This document shows positions 25,352 through 39,640 of a stretch of 64,000 nucleotides of DNA, piece by piece; position 1 is the stretch's first letter; each line of letters opens with the position of its first letter. The position numbers were made by a program, and so were the translations under genes. The stretch spans positions 99,981,138-100,045,137 of the forward strand of contig NC_068981.1 of NCBI RefSeq assembly GCF_001194135.2. Reading direction: 5' to 3'. Origin of the DNA: Octopus bimaculoides. Lineage: Eukaryota. The notes below the pieces were generated by a model, which did not search any database, was not told the DNA's origin, and saw nothing but the letters and a program-made list of their open reading frames with translations.

Positions 25352-26899
25352 GTACAGTTAAAATTTCTATTACAATTGTTTTAATTTTGTTGTGAATAGA
25401 CTGAAAAATTCTAACTGATTTTCAGTTCATGAAGGTTTTCTCTTGCATCTCTCTGATTAATGCTTAATGTGTGAGATGTCGTCAGTGTTTTGTGGAAACA
25501 AACTATCAGCTTTGCTACAAGCTGGCAGCAAAGTCGAGAGAATGGTCTGGTTACTATTGTGCAGTATGGCAGGAAAAGTGGTAGCTATCTCATATGATAG
25601 TGTGGTAGATTTAAGTGAAAAAATTAACTTATACATCTAAGAATTTCTAATATTTATAGTAAAGAAGTCAGCTTATGTTATTCTAGTGATAAACAGTGAA
25701 GGTTAAATTATTTAAGGAATATAAACATTAAAGAAATGTCTGGCAAATAAAAAGACTTGAAGGTGGAGGAATTTTTTCATTTTCAAACCAACAACAACAA
25801 CAAAAATCAATAATGAAAAAAAATCAGTGCACTGGCACAATTGTTTTGAATTTAATTGAGCAATCAATTTAAGAATAACTGCTTAGAAACAACCAAAATC
25901 AAATAAAAAAAAAATTAATGAAAGGAATAAAATTGACAAATAAACTTAATTTTACAGAAGAAATAGAGCAGTTGTTATTTAGCATAAAGTCTATAGAAAA
26001 AATACCATGAGAATTATAAGAGGAGATGTGGGTTAGTTAAGTTAACATTCTCACAAAATATTTAGGTTAACAGTGATGGTTGAGTTTCCATAATGCTTAG
26101 TGTATGATGCTGATATGTTTTGAGTAATTTTTCCAGATCTGGAATTTATTTTAAAGTTAAGTAAAGTAAGTGCCAACATAATATATTGAGCAAAGAGATT
26201 TCTATTAAAATTATACTAATAGTGAAGAGGAAAAAACCCTGCTAATTAAACAGCTGATTCTGGCCAAGAAAAGTAGGAGGCAATTCTGAAATTTCAATTA
26301 AAAATTGAATGTGATAAAGAGCAAGTCTAATCTCTGATAGGATGGTGACAACTCCTGATACATTTTAGTATTATTAGACTTTATCAGTGAAGAATAGTCT
26401 AACTGGTACTACTAGCCCTGATGTGATGTATTTAAGTGTTCTATCTAGAGATACAATCCACTTCATATCATCCTTTTACATAACGAAAACATTCCAAGTA
26501 AAGTTGAAACTTGACCAATTCTGATGTATGTCCCTTCACAATCCCCAAGCCTAAAATCTCCAAAAGTTCCAAGTGATTCCCTCATGACTATGCTGCAGTT
26601 GACTAAACTTGGAATATAACCAACAACTAAAAGATAACCTTCAGAAAAGCAAAAAATACCTTCAAACATCCCACAGTGTGGAAACTTTTGTATTTCTCAA
26701 ATTACAATCAATTCTTGAACTAAAAACAACACCATATGTAACATTAATCCACTATGTTTGTAGCCTAGTCTTCCTGCGATTCTATGCAGCACTTAGTGAA
26801 CAAAACCTTCCTTAAATTCTCATTCTTCACTCCACTTGTCCCACCACAAATAAAAAAAAATACTCAAACACGATTAATGATTCTGATAATATTCTTCTC

Positions 26900-27700
26900 A
26901 TCACCCTAAAGTGTACTCTAAAGCTAGCTTATCCTTGCCAAATTTTTCATTCTTTCTATTTTAATGGGCTGACCTCATTCAGACTAGTAAAAATGAAAGA
27001 AGCCTAAGCTTTAGAAACATATGATCATGTTCTTTTCCCAAAACAACCCCTATCTCAAATCTTGCAAACTATTGATCCAATGTTTTCACTTACAGCACAT
27101 CAAAAAGGTGTTAGAAACAGTCTAAACAACTTGTCATGATTTCCAGTTTTCTTTCTTTTCAGTCACAACAAGCAGTTTCTACTGAACCACATCTTCTACA
27201 AACTTGTTTTCTTACATCACACACCAGTAGTATCTTATCCTTTAGAACCTTAGCCAAAGTAATGTTGTTACTTTTGACATTAGCAAAGCCTTTGAACATG
27301 TCTGGCTAAAAATCCTCCTAAGTAAGGAGCCCTCTGATGGATTTTTCTGTCTCTCATCTCTTGATAGGAATTTCTGTACCACACTGGTCCATTACAATGT
27401 GTTTCAAAAGATAACTTTAACATATATTCTATGAACTCCGGTGTCCCTTAGACTCATTGTTCTGTAAATCAATAACCTATTTGTTACTTTTACTTAAAAA
27501 AAATAAAAACTCTTATACAGATGATACCACTGTATACTTGTTAAACTTCAACACACAAAGAAATGCAAACACAAGTAAGACATGTCACACTAGGCTTTCA
27601 CTGCTTAAGACCACCACAACATCATCTAAAAGAGACACAGCAGTCTAACGTTTTTCAATAGCAATTAAAGCAATTGCTACATGCCTTGCACTAGCTCTCA
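26900..27700 (+). pseudogene. Degenerate LINE reverse transcriptase remnant (CR1/L2/jockey-like)
   Basis: 27268-27330 reads VTFDISKAFEHVWLKILLSK, matching the RT motif DxSKAFDxVxHxxLLxKL; boundaries approximate. Confidence 0.65.
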
Positions 27701-28733
27701 TTCTGAATGAATAATACAGTTAAAAACTTTGCAACAAATTTCATAACTTTGAAGATTTTAAAAGGCAACCTAATATCTACAATATTGATAAATATGTATC
27801 AATCACAGTTATTAAGTTTCTTCTTCAGGGCCTGAAAGTACTTCAGCTCTGATTTGTTGCTGACTTCCACAGAAACAAATGTTTATATACTCTGCTCAAT
27901 ACAGCTGTTATAACACAAACATCCTAGTTTGCTGTTTTGTTATTGACAACCAACCACTTACCAATATGCTACAGTCACAAATCCAAGGGTGTTATGTTTA
28001 TTTACATCAAAGAGGTAAAAATTTAGCCATACAGTAAAAGATTGATAAAATATAACTCAGACTGAAATAAGTACAATGTTTGATATAACTGACTAGGCAG
28101 CACTCAATATGACTGCACCTTTCTCTGCCATTATTACAATAGATTCTTCTCACTTGAACTTGCAAACTGCATGTTAACTAAAATGTCTGCTTTTCCTTCA
28201 TTCATCATCACTACTGTGTCTCACACTCCAAATCATGAACTAAACGCTTTTACTACACCTAATTCCCCAAAACTGAAGCTCTCTAAAATTCTCTTCATGC
28301 CTAGAGTCATTTATCTACAGAAATTTTAGCTCAACATGAACTGCATCAATCTCACAGGCGTGGATGGCGGTTTGGAAATCTCATAGATAATATCTCTTCT
28401 ACTCTGACTGAGCATAAGAAATGAAAAAAGTATTAAACAAAAACAGTAAACTGCTCTTGCATATCAATGTAAGTATGAAATATACAAATTTTTTTTTGCA
28501 TTTGCAAGAAATTTACAAATATAATGATACTTCTATTATTTAATGACACTTAAAGTAAGTAAAAAGCATTTTAAAAACTACTTATTGTGCCATAGTGTAG
28601 GTAAGGTTTAGCTTTCAAGTGTTATACTGAGAGAAATTTTAGTTAAATAATTAAATATAATTATTTTCCATTATTTTGTCAAATTTTCTGCTTAATATTT
28701 AAGATTAGCAAAATAGGTACAATATTAAAGAAA

Positions 28734-29785
28734 ATATTGGGTCATACCATAAATAATGCAGTTTTTTTAAACTGCTTTTATTTTTCAAAATTAAGATAAA
28801 CAAAGTTTTTTTTTAGTGTAGAATATACTCGCTATTTTCTACAATGCTCTTCCATCTATCTGGTAAACTTGCAAGGACCCTCTTCCAAAATTTACTTGTC
28901 TGTGATGAAAAATACTCCTCCACTACTGTTCTGACCTTGCCTACAGAGTTCATATTTTTCTGGTCAAAATTATTTTGAAGACTGCAGAATAAATGATAAT
29001 CAGATGGGGCAATGTCTAGCAAATATGGTGAATGGGGCATCATTTCCCATTCAAACTCCTACAGCCTTATGGAATGTCATCTTTGCTGTATGTGGCTGAA
29101 TATTATCCTGATGGAAGAACATCTTTCTAGCATTGACTTAAGCTGCTCAAACTTTGTTATCGTATAGCTAGGGTTTAAATGTTCAAAGCAGACTAAACCT
29201 TTAATATCACACCTAACAAATAACAACACCTTACATGGGTGAAGACCTTCTTTAGCCTGAGGTGCCAATGTTTCTCCCTTCCCTGCCCACTGCCTTCGGC
29301 ACTTGACATTTTTATAGAGAACCCATTTCTCATCACTAGTCACTCTTTGATCCAAAAAAGGTTCATTCGTGGGACATGACAACAAAGAAGAGCACACATT
29401 CACTCTCTGCATGTGATAGACTTGGAAAGTTTGTGAGGAACCCATTGACCCAATTTACTGACTTTTTCGATGGCACACAGGTGTCAATGAATAGTTCAAT
29501 GACCAAATCCAAGCTTCTTTGCTAGTACCTCAACAGTTATGATGTGATTTTGTTCCACCAGGATTTGCTGCACGTCCTCATTGAGCACTACAAATCTTCC
29601 AGCATGAGGCTCGTCATCTAGGCTGTAGTTCTGACTCAGAACTGCACTCTTCAAAACTTGCACTAAGAATAAGAACAAGGTAAAATTACTGCCTGCTTTA
29701 TAGTAAGATGATGCAGGTTGTTTATCCCATCCCCTCCAACTTTTAGTTCATGCAAATGAAAAAACTGCATTGGGATGACCCAATA
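28734..29785 (-). mobile_element. Second copy of the 13.7 kb mariner, with a deletion removing the ATG/first HTH
   Basis: TIRs tattgggtcataccataaataatgcag / aactgcattgggatgacccaata; HSPYLLDIAPSDYHLF and VTSDEKWVLY motifs; sequence matching about 14670-14850 of copy 1 is missing near 29635. Confidence 0.9.
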
Positions 29786-30396
29786 CTTTCAGCATTCAAT
29801 TGCATTATTTACATTTTTGAGTTCCAATGAAAGTGACTATATTTTTCATTTTTTATGTTCGATAAAATAAGTAACAGACAAGTACTGGGGTTGTTTTAAT
29901 AGATTGCATCCTCCCTCAAAATATGTGACTGTGCACCTGTTAAAAATCAAGATCTTCAAGGATTTTGTTTTTTCTTTTGACACATTACCAATATTATTAT
30001 TATTCTAGTACCACTCCTCATTCAGTTATTGGTTTCAGTCATTGAACTGTAACCAAACAAGAGTATAGATAAGCACATCAACCTTAAGACTCATCTTACT
30101 GACTGGTATTTATTTTATCATCCTCAGAAGAATGATAAATAAAATATATCTGAGCAAGATTTGAACTCAAAACATAATCAAGTACCTACTGCAATATTTT
30201 TTACCAACTCTCTACTATAACTTATAGATTGTTCTAACTTATAGATTATGGCTATTGTAAAAGCTAAGGCTGTACCAAAGTTGTAGAAAAAACACTGATT
30301 TGTGAAAAAAAAAACTTACTTATTTTGATAAATTAATGATCATATAACACATTTAATTTCTTCATTAATATATTTTCTATTTTTTTTATTACACAG

Positions 30397-30492
30397 GAAG
30401 CAAAATATTTCATTTGAGTGCTGACTTTCTAAATATGCCACCTGATGTGCAGAGCTGCTGCATTCCAACCACAGCTAATCATGCTGAATTTA
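30397..30492 (+). CDS. Candidate exon ((G)SKIFHLSADFLNMPPDVQSCCIPTTANHAEF)
   Basis: Very strong acceptor ttttctattttttttattacacag, open in phase 1. Weak donor A|GTTATT; alternatively a terminal exon with TAG at 30498-30500. Confidence 0.45.
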
Positions 30493-31198
30493 GTTATTAG
30501 AGACAAACTGGCTCATGCTATTTATGTGCTATTAAATTGAATAAACTGGATAATACAAGTTGGGTTTAATGACTTAGTGTTCTGAATTGAAATTTCATCT
30601 AACCTAAATTCTACCAGTTACAGATAATAGATTCTTATTAGGGATCAGAGAACATTACAGATGATCACCTAAACTCAAGTAATTGCTTATATTTATTATG
30701 CCAGAGCATATAACCTACAAAGAAAATCAATTAAGGCAATGAAGATTTGCTAAATTTACATTAATATTTTCTCTTAAACATACACAGTGTCTGTAAATCA
30801 ATGTTTGGTTAATGTAATTTCCAAAATCTCACATAAACCACATAACATGCTAAGATGATATTGTCATAGAGTAACATAGCAAAGTAACACTGCAAACAAT
30901 CAATTATAGAATGAAATGCACAATATGATGCAGGTCAAATAAGACCAAGGCATATCCACTGTTCAAACTGTAAATTACCTTCATGTATTGTGATAACTAT
31001 GAACATTTTGCACATTTGCTTGATCATGTCAAACATGGTTACAGACAGTAAAAATAACAATAGCATAAATATACAAAGAGATCAACAACGACTGTCACAT
31101 AGTCCATAGTGAGGCGCTAAAGATAAGCAATAGACAACAATGACTAATATACAAGAAAAGAATTGATTCTAATTGTGATTTGATGGTTAGGGTAAATT

Positions 31199-31199
<1 letters not shown>

Positions 31200-31237
<38 letters not shown>

Positions 31238-31591
31238 CCTTTCTGCTAAAGGCACAAAGCCTGAAATTTTGAAGAGAGGGGATTAGTTGCTTACATCAAC
31301 CCCAGTGTTTCACTGGTACTTAATTTAGTGACCCTAGAAGGATAAAAGAATATAAAGACAGACAAAATGCCGCTAAGTATTTTGCCTGGTGTGCTAGCAT
31401 CTCTGCTAGCTTGCCACCTCAATAATAATTAGAAAACCGATTATAGCAGCGACTCCATCTAAAAATATCTGAAGAAGGAATTGTATTCCGAAATATCATC
31501 GGACTATGGATAACTAAATTACAACAGGTATATAGTCCATTTTTTGCATTATAGTGCATTGTTGTACCATTCAAAACATTTTATTCTTTAC

Positions 31592-31623
<32 letters not shown>

Positions 31624-32690
31624 ACCTTAGTCTGCTGGATGTGGACAGCTGACACTTTCCATCATACCCAGCAAAATAAGCAGAGAGCTTTCCTCAGATA
31701 ATAATAATAAATGCCCTGGTGCAATACCAGGCAGTGGCTCTCTTGGCTTTTGATCTTAACTAAGTGGAAGTGTTATAATGTGCATGTTTTGTACTGGTAT
31801 AAAAGATCGATTACAACAAATATTCTGCTCAATACCATAGATTTGTTTGCCAGTTGTTTGACCTTAACCAGTTGAGCATGTCCCTTTGTGGCTGACAATA
31901 TGTGAATCTCTGATCATGAGCAGAAGTAGTGGGGAGCATCATAGCCATGTGTTGAGAGGAATTCTTTGGGGTTTGAATAATTCATGCCTGGAAACATAGG
32001 TGTTTTGTTCATCATCCATAAACAACCCTCATTCAGGGACCTTTTGAGTGGGATGGGCTACTTAACCAAAAGAAAACTCTAACTGGGCCTTATCTGTAAG
32101 ATCATGTGTTTTTCATCTTGATATGAGATCACCATGTCATGCACATATGGCTGTGATGCATGTGCTTGGTGTACCCTTATCAGATGGGCAGTCATGATAG
32201 ATATACTGGGTTTCGTATATTTGTCCTGCAGTGTCACTTTGATGGCATGCACTGCTCTCTCATTCAATAACAATAATAATAATAATCCTTTCTACTATAG
32301 GCACAAGGTGCATAGTCAATTACATTGACCTTAGTACTCAACTGGTACTTAATTTTTCGACCCCAAAAGGATGAAAGGTAAAGTTGACCTTGGAGGAATT
32401 TGAACTCAGAATATAGCAGCAGGTGAAATACTGCAAAGCATTTGGCCTGGCATGCTAATGATTCTACCAACTTATTGTTTGAATAATAATAATAATAATA
32501 ATAATCCTTTCCACTAGAGGCACAAAGACTGAAGTTTTAAGAGAGGAGGCTAGTTGATCACATCAACTCCTATGATCAATTTTTACTTATTTTATCAACT
32601 CTGAAAGGATGAAAGACAAAGATGACCTCAGTGGCATTTGAACTTAGAATGTAAAGACAGACAAAATGTTGCTTAGCATTTCATTCTGTG
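31200..32690 (-). mobile_element. Cluster of family B SINEs (31235-31425, 32285-32475, 32505-32690) and 600-bp element copy 2 (31711-32265), separated by (AAT)n
   Basis: Repeated aataataatcctttc.act..aggcacaa.g.ctgaa units in reverse orientation. Confidence 0.8.
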
Positions 32691-34769
32691 AAAATATTCT
32701 TTTCTGAGGATTTTTATAATCTGATTATGTAGCTTTCTAATATTCCCAGATATTTATATATTTCTTCTGCATTTAATGAATTTATCCTCTCATCATTAAG
32801 TAAATTCTATTCCAGTATTTTTTATGGGTTTCCCCTCAATCAATCTCTATCATTGCACTTTTATTTATTGCAAATAAGTAAATACACTCGTCAATGTGTC
32901 AAAGAACCAAGGTATTGTTTCTATGGCAGAATGTCCTTCCTAATGGCAACCATTTTACAGAATGTAGTGGTTACATCTTATCATGGCATTAGTTCTGGAG
33001 AGGATGCTTTACTCTCTACAAAACACAAGAGCCCTCACAACTTTGTTGTTTCAATTTGTTTAAAATATCCATGGCCCAGAAGGGAGAGAGAGAAAGAGAG
33101 GGAGAGAGGAGAAAGACAGAGAGAACCAGACTATAAATGAAATGATGAGAGTATGAACATGATGGAGGAAATATGGCACTAAGAAGAGGGAGGTGAAGTA
33201 ATGGAGAAGAGAGTGATAGGCAGCTGAAAGCTGGCTGTTGGTAAGATTGAATAGAAAAAAATTATGACTGGTAAGTCAGAGAAAGAGGGAGTATTAAGGA
33301 AGTGTAATAGAAATGACGAGGAGAAAGAGAGTGGTATATTTCAACACTAATAACAAAGGGTAATGCAAGAGACAGTGAAGGATTGGCAGACAGCAATAAA
33401 GATAGATGAGGGTAAAAGAGAGCAAGTGATGGATAGCAATAGAGTTGGTCATTAGTAAGATTGAGAGGTCAGTGACAATAAAGATTAATAAGTGGAAGAA
33501 AGATGGTAGGTATGGAACACTGAATGGAAGAGAGTGTGACTGATAGAGAAGGACATTAAATGGAGACTTAACAGGAACATTGTGGGTGATAGACTCAAAT
33601 AAAGATATTCCAACCACCACCATCCCTCACCTTTTTAATGTCCATTTTGCCTCATTAACACAGGTGGGCTTATCTTCATGGCTCCTTATAATTTCCTTTG
33701 TAAAGATCAGTTTCTCAAGACCAGTCTTTACTTCCTTTTCTTGATCTCCCTTTTCTACAAGCTCCATGAACTGCAAGTGGCTCTGTATAAAACTGACATC
33801 CTTCATACACACAATAATGCCTGTACCAGTGCAGTCTGCTCACTTGCACACTAATCTGATTCCTCTTATATTCAGCTTTCTTCTCAATTCATTTGTGCTT
33901 TATCATTCATGCACACTAACATCAACATGCAGCATATGTTAATGCTAATGTGATGTCTTTTCCATACCACCTCTCTCCAAACTTGTCATTCTTTGATACT
34001 CACTACCCTGTACTACAATTACCCATTTATATTGCTATCCATCACCTGCTCACCTTTTTTTTTTTTTTTTTTTTTTTTGCTATCTGATAATCCTTTATTT
34101 TATCTTTCATTATTCTCTCTTATCATTCTCTACTGATATACATCACTCTCTCTCTCTCTCTCTCTCCCCTCCTCACTTCCATTATTTCCCCAATCACTTA
34201 ATTTCTTTCTAGCCTTTATAAACTTTCTGCATTGAAGGCTCAAATCTCGCTATCATGTAGTAACACATTTTTACACAAATATCATACAATCTAGCCTTTA
34301 CTTTGAGAGAGTATTACAGATCAATCAGTACCAGACTTAAAAGTAAATAATAGGAGTTTATATGATCACTTGTTAAACCCTTGAACACATGACCCAGAGT
34401 GGCAGCAGTCTAATGATTGAAACCGGTAAGAGAATCCAGTAAAAATATAAAATAATATATACTAAAATAAAGTTACATAGTTGAAACCCAGCATAAAATA
34501 TTTCAAAAGATATTTTTGATAATTAATTAAAGACACTTCCCTCAAATCAAATTTTCAAGGAAGGTAAATTTAGCTTCATTAGTTTTACAGTGAATGTATC
34601 AGAGAGATAATATGGTTGTTGCTGAATGAACACATATTACCTGTTGCTTTTTGAGTGGTCATTACCTGACTTAAAAGCATTTATAATGAATTTTATAATG
34701 AAATCTTTGGTGAATGATGCTTGAAATATTAATTTCAGAATAATTACATTTGATGCAATATATGTAATT

Positions 34770-35187
34770 TTGGTTAAGTTATTTGACCTTAACCAGTTGA
34801 GTTTGTCCCTTTGTGGCTGACAATGTGTGCATCTCAGATCATGAGCAGAAGTAGTGGGGAGCATCATAGCCATGTGTTGAGAGGAATTCTTTGGGGTTTG
34901 AATAATTCATGCCTGGAAACATGTTTTGTTCATCATCTTTAAGCAACCCTCATTCAGAGAATCTTTTGAGTGGGATGGGCTACTTAACCAAAAGAAAATT
35001 CTAACTGGGCTTTACCTCCAAGATCATGCACTTTTCATCTTGATATGAGATCACCATGTCACGCACATATGGTTGTGATGTATGTGCCTGGTGTACCCTT
35101 ATCCAACGGTTAGTCATGATAGGTATATTGGGTTTCATATATTTGTACTGCAGTGTCACTTTGATGGTATGCACTGCTCTCTCATTC
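34770..35187. mobile_element. 600-bp (AAT)n-associated element, truncated copy 3
   Basis: Colinear with about 31850-32265. Confidence 0.85.
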
Positions 35188-35852
35188 AACAATAATAATA
35201 ATATTTCATTTACAAACTCATATAACGCTATAAACTGGAAGAATATATGAAACAGATGTAAAGAACAAAATATACTTTAAATATTGTATCACAGGTGTAG
35301 ATATAGCTGTCTAACTAAAAAATTTACTTTGCAACTTACACAGTATCTTAGGGAATTGCCTTCTATTCTAGCATTAATTTGACATCTCGTGTGTAAAATT
35401 TGTTACATTGAAAGCCTGTCATGTGTGTTTTGTGGTAGACAGAAACTGAGAGAAGCCCATCATATATATATATATATATATATATTTATAGATATATGAA
35501 CTAAGTTATTTTGTGTATGTAAAACTAGTCTTGTGAAAACACTTTGTGTTAAAATCCAAGTTAAAGATAGTATTTAATAAAGAGCTGGATGATTCTCTTT
35601 AAAATATCAGTACACATTTCCTTGACCAGGTTTATATACTTTTGATAATATTTCAACTTTTGTAGCTTTTGAACAGTGAAGGTATTACAAACATAATGAA
35701 CTTTATTTTATATATGGAAGCTCTAATAGTATAAATTTGAAATCCATTAATATAGATAATTCATTTCTTATAAATAGTTAATTTTTATGTTAAGGTCTGG
35801 GAAAGAACAACTTTCAGTCATTTAGGCATACGTGATTGCTTGTCTGTATGTA

Positions 35853-35894
<42 letters not shown>

Positions 35895-36035
35895 NNNNNN
35901 NNNNNNNNNNNNNNNNNNNNNNNNNNNNNNNNNNNNNNNNNNNNNNNNNNNNNNNNNNNNNNNNNNNNNNNNNNNNNNNNNNNNNNNNNNNNNNNNNNNN
36001 NNNNNNNNNNNNNNNNNNNNNNNNNNNNNNNNNNN

Positions 36036-36076
<41 letters not shown>

Positions 36077-36399
36077 TTAAATCATCCAATGTCCTTTTTT
36101 AAGATAGTGAGGAGTGATCTGGGAGAGATTTGGTTGCTGTAGGTTAAGCAACCATATAACAGTTCTCTCATTAGTTAGTGTCTGCATGTTGTGTTTGTTT
36201 TTTAATGTTGTATGTATATATCAATTGCATGTGTTATCTATAATAATGGTGGTTGTCTCCTTTGATTATATTCATAACTTTTGTTTTTTAAATAGCATAT
36301 TTTTATATATATTATCTTTTATAGATTATATAATAGAGAATATTGTAGAGTAAGTTGTAATTTTGAGTCTTGAGCAAATTTAAATTGTCACAAAGTTCT

Positions 36400-37460
36400 T
36401 GGAGATAAAGGCATGAGATATTACTGAAAGACTTTTTCCTAACTATAAATTTGTGGTTTTGTATTTAAGAAAGAATCAATAAACAAAGTCTGGAATTAAG
36501 AGATCTTAAAATAAACCTAGCAAAGGCAAAAGTTTTAGTTAACAAGAAAGTAGACAGGACTATACTACCATCTGGTGAGTTGTCATACTTGATATACAGA
36601 GAAAGAGTTGGTCGGAATTCTATACAGAATGTCCAATATAAACTATGGGTGCACAAAAGTGCAGTAGGATCACAGGTAGATTGACAGAGGAAAAAGGCCT
36701 TTCTATAAAGCAGATGCATAGCTAACAATAAAAGCTCCTATGAAATAAAGTCTTTCAAATATATAGATGGCTTCCTAGATGTACCTGAAAGCTTCTATTG
36801 CTGAGATTATCTAATTAATAGTGGAGGTGGGTGTTCTAAAAACATAAGAGCCAGATTAAAAACAAAGCTGAAAAAGTTCAGAGAACTATTATACCTGTGG
36901 GCAAGAAAAAATTTCTTCTCTGACTAAAGGTCAGAATGTATGATACTTATGTGTACAAAGTGCAATGTGGAATTGCAGAGGATGTATAAATGGTAGGAAG
37001 AAATGCAGAGGATGTATGAATGGTAGGAAGAAATTAGGTGAACATACTCAACTTGTTGTAGAACATACTCTACTGGTGGAAGAAATGCAGAGGATGTATA
37101 AATGGTAGGAAGAAATTAGGTGAACATACTCTACTGGTTGTGTAATGTTAGAGTATGTAATTGATAGAACACAAAAACTGTGTAAAAGAAGAATCAGACA
37201 TAGTGTGCAACAGAGAAGACTGAGCTAGCACAAACATGTGATGTGTATGGAAAATGAATGTTGGGCAAAGAAAAGCAAATAATCTAAGAAGAACCTGTGC
37301 CAAAAGAATACCAAGGAAGACATGGGAAGAATTAATGACTACTGATTTCAGAAACAACTGATAAAAGACTACAATAAGTGGTGTAAGACACTGTACTGGA
37401 GAAAAGCTATCCAACCCATGGAAGCATAGAAAACCTGATTGAAAGTGAGAATGATTATCA
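36400..37460 (+). pseudogene. RTE-clade LINE ORF2 3' remnant
   Basis: RDLKINLAKAKVLVNKKVDRTILPSG, KRVGRNSIQ..KLWVHK, GGGCSKNIRARL...KFRELL, CVQQRRL.., PRKTWEEL..TDF match RTE/BovB-type ORF2 C-terminal motifs; followed by RTE-type tail. Confidence 0.75.
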
Positions 37461-38239
37461 TGACTGAAAATAATGAAACACTAAATAAGAAATGCAAAAG
37501 TTTAAAATTTCAAAAGAAAAATCTTAAATTAAATACACTGCAAATAAACTCAATTCATGTTAATAGTCAAGATTTCTATATTCCAATATGATGATGATTA
37601 GTTCAAAAAAGAAAATGTCTTATATGTATGTATATATATGATAAAATGACTAAAATATATCAAATCTAAGATATTACTGATTGCTCTATATAAACAACTA
37701 AATTGACATAATAATTGATATAATTTTATTCATCTTTCAATTTAAAACTTTCTATCTTATCTAACAGTCAACCTTTATAAAACCAGTGTTAAAATGGAAT
37801 GCAACAAATTTAATTACAGTTAGACATGATAAAATTTCATTACTTAGTCATCAAAATCATCTATAAAAAATACAAAACAATCTAATTAAAAAGTTTTCAA
37901 ATAAATATTTCGATTATAATGTATCAGGAAAGAAATATAAAAAAGAAAAAAATTAAGTTACTTTTTATGACAACAATGAAGCTGGTGTGCTTTGTTTTTC
38001 TTTCTTTTTTTTTTCTGTTTTGAAGAAGGATAATATTCCAAAGCCTTTGCTAGATCACATAGACTGGGGAAGTTAATATGGATAATGTTTAACTTTAACC
38101 TCTGCAGTTCAATGTTTACTGAGAAAAATATGGTCTAAGAAGGAAGTTCCAAGGTTCGCTCTTTAGGAGAGTAAAGATACGACAAAGTGCTAAGGTTAAT
38201 GAGAGAATGTAGAGCATGTGCACCAAGTGTATTAGGCAG

Positions 38240-38650
38240 AGTGTTAGTATTCATGGTTTGACAGGAGCTGGCCAGACTCCAATTATCTATTTTGGCATGA
38301 TTCCTACAGCTAGATGCTCTTCCTAATGCCAACCACTTTAGAGAGGTGTTGGGTACTTTTTACATGCCACTGGCACGGGTGCATTTACACAGCACCAGCA
38401 CAAGTTCATTTTATGTGGCATCAGCACCTACAATATACAAGTCTATATGTACAGATGACAGCAATTTTACTTAGCTTGACACATCTAATGCGTCAAGTAC
38501 AGTAAATCACCACAACTCCAAGTCCCTTGTCATTTCTTCATCCAAAGATCTTTTCTCACCACTACATCCCACATCTTCCTGTGTCTACCCCTCCCACAAT
38601 TAGAGTTTATGCAGCTGTCCTTATCCATATGTTGTTTGGGTGCCTCAGTG
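38240..38650 (-). mobile_element. RTE LINE 3' end
   Basis: Minus strand CGRGRHRKMWDVVVRKDL followed by the tail seen at 1-180. Confidence 0.75.
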
Positions 38651-39534
38651 AACCATAGATTCATGTTGGACATACTTGTACTTTATAAAGAGACAGCAAC
38701 TATCCACAACAGATGTACTTTTAGAGCTTAAAGAGGAATCTTAGAGTATGGGTTGCTCTTATCATTGTTACAGATGTGGATAGATTGGCAGAATCATTAG
38801 TGCATCAGACAAAAAAAACTTATGGAATCTATTCTAGCTCTTTATATTCTGAATTCAAATGCCAGCAAGGTTAACACCACCATCCACCTTCAGTGTTTGA
38901 TGAAAAAGTATCAGTCAAGTACTGAAGTTAAATTAGTCAACTAAACCCTCTGCTAAATTTATGCTTGTGCCTCTGTAAGAAATTATTATAGATGTTGATA
39001 AAATGTAAGGATATAAGGCTTAGTATTTCTAGTGAATATGTGAATCTTAGTTGTGTGTTGTTCATGTACAGAGAATGAATTGTTTAGTAAGTAATTTTGT
39101 ATGTATAGTAATTGCGTTTTGGTGATGTTCAATAAAACTGGCTAGTCATATAATGTTGGGGGATATTACAAAAGCCACTGCTCCTAAAATCTTCATTTTG
39201 AATTATCTAGATTATATGTAGAGCATCAATGTACAAAAGATTACTGAAGAGTGAAGGGTGCTATCAACTGCATAGGTGTGTGCATGCATGCCTGTGTGTG
39301 TATATTTTGTAAGGAACACACTGTTAATGCTTGATGTATGATAGTGGTGTAAGAGACATATCAAAGTACATAAGAATTGACAAAATTTGGGCCTGAGGGA
39401 GTCATATGAACCACTTTGTAATGAGGCTGCATGACATGAAATTTCAATTGAAGAGTCAGAAAAGGGTGAAAAACCATAAGGAGGCTACTTTGCTAGAAAG
39501 TTCTTATGTCAGACATAGCTGTTGTTGCAGTCAC

Positions 39535-39565
<31 letters not shown>

Positions 39566-39640
39566 AACAGTGGTGGTGGTGATCTTTATTATACATTATT
39601 TACATTTGATGGATATTTGTCCTCATCTTGTTTGTTGTTA

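Noticed and set aside
32079-35250. Paired similar 63-64 aa ORFs at 32.1 and 35.0 kb
   Set aside because: They are copies of the same 600-bp repeat; the frames are not preserved in copy 1.
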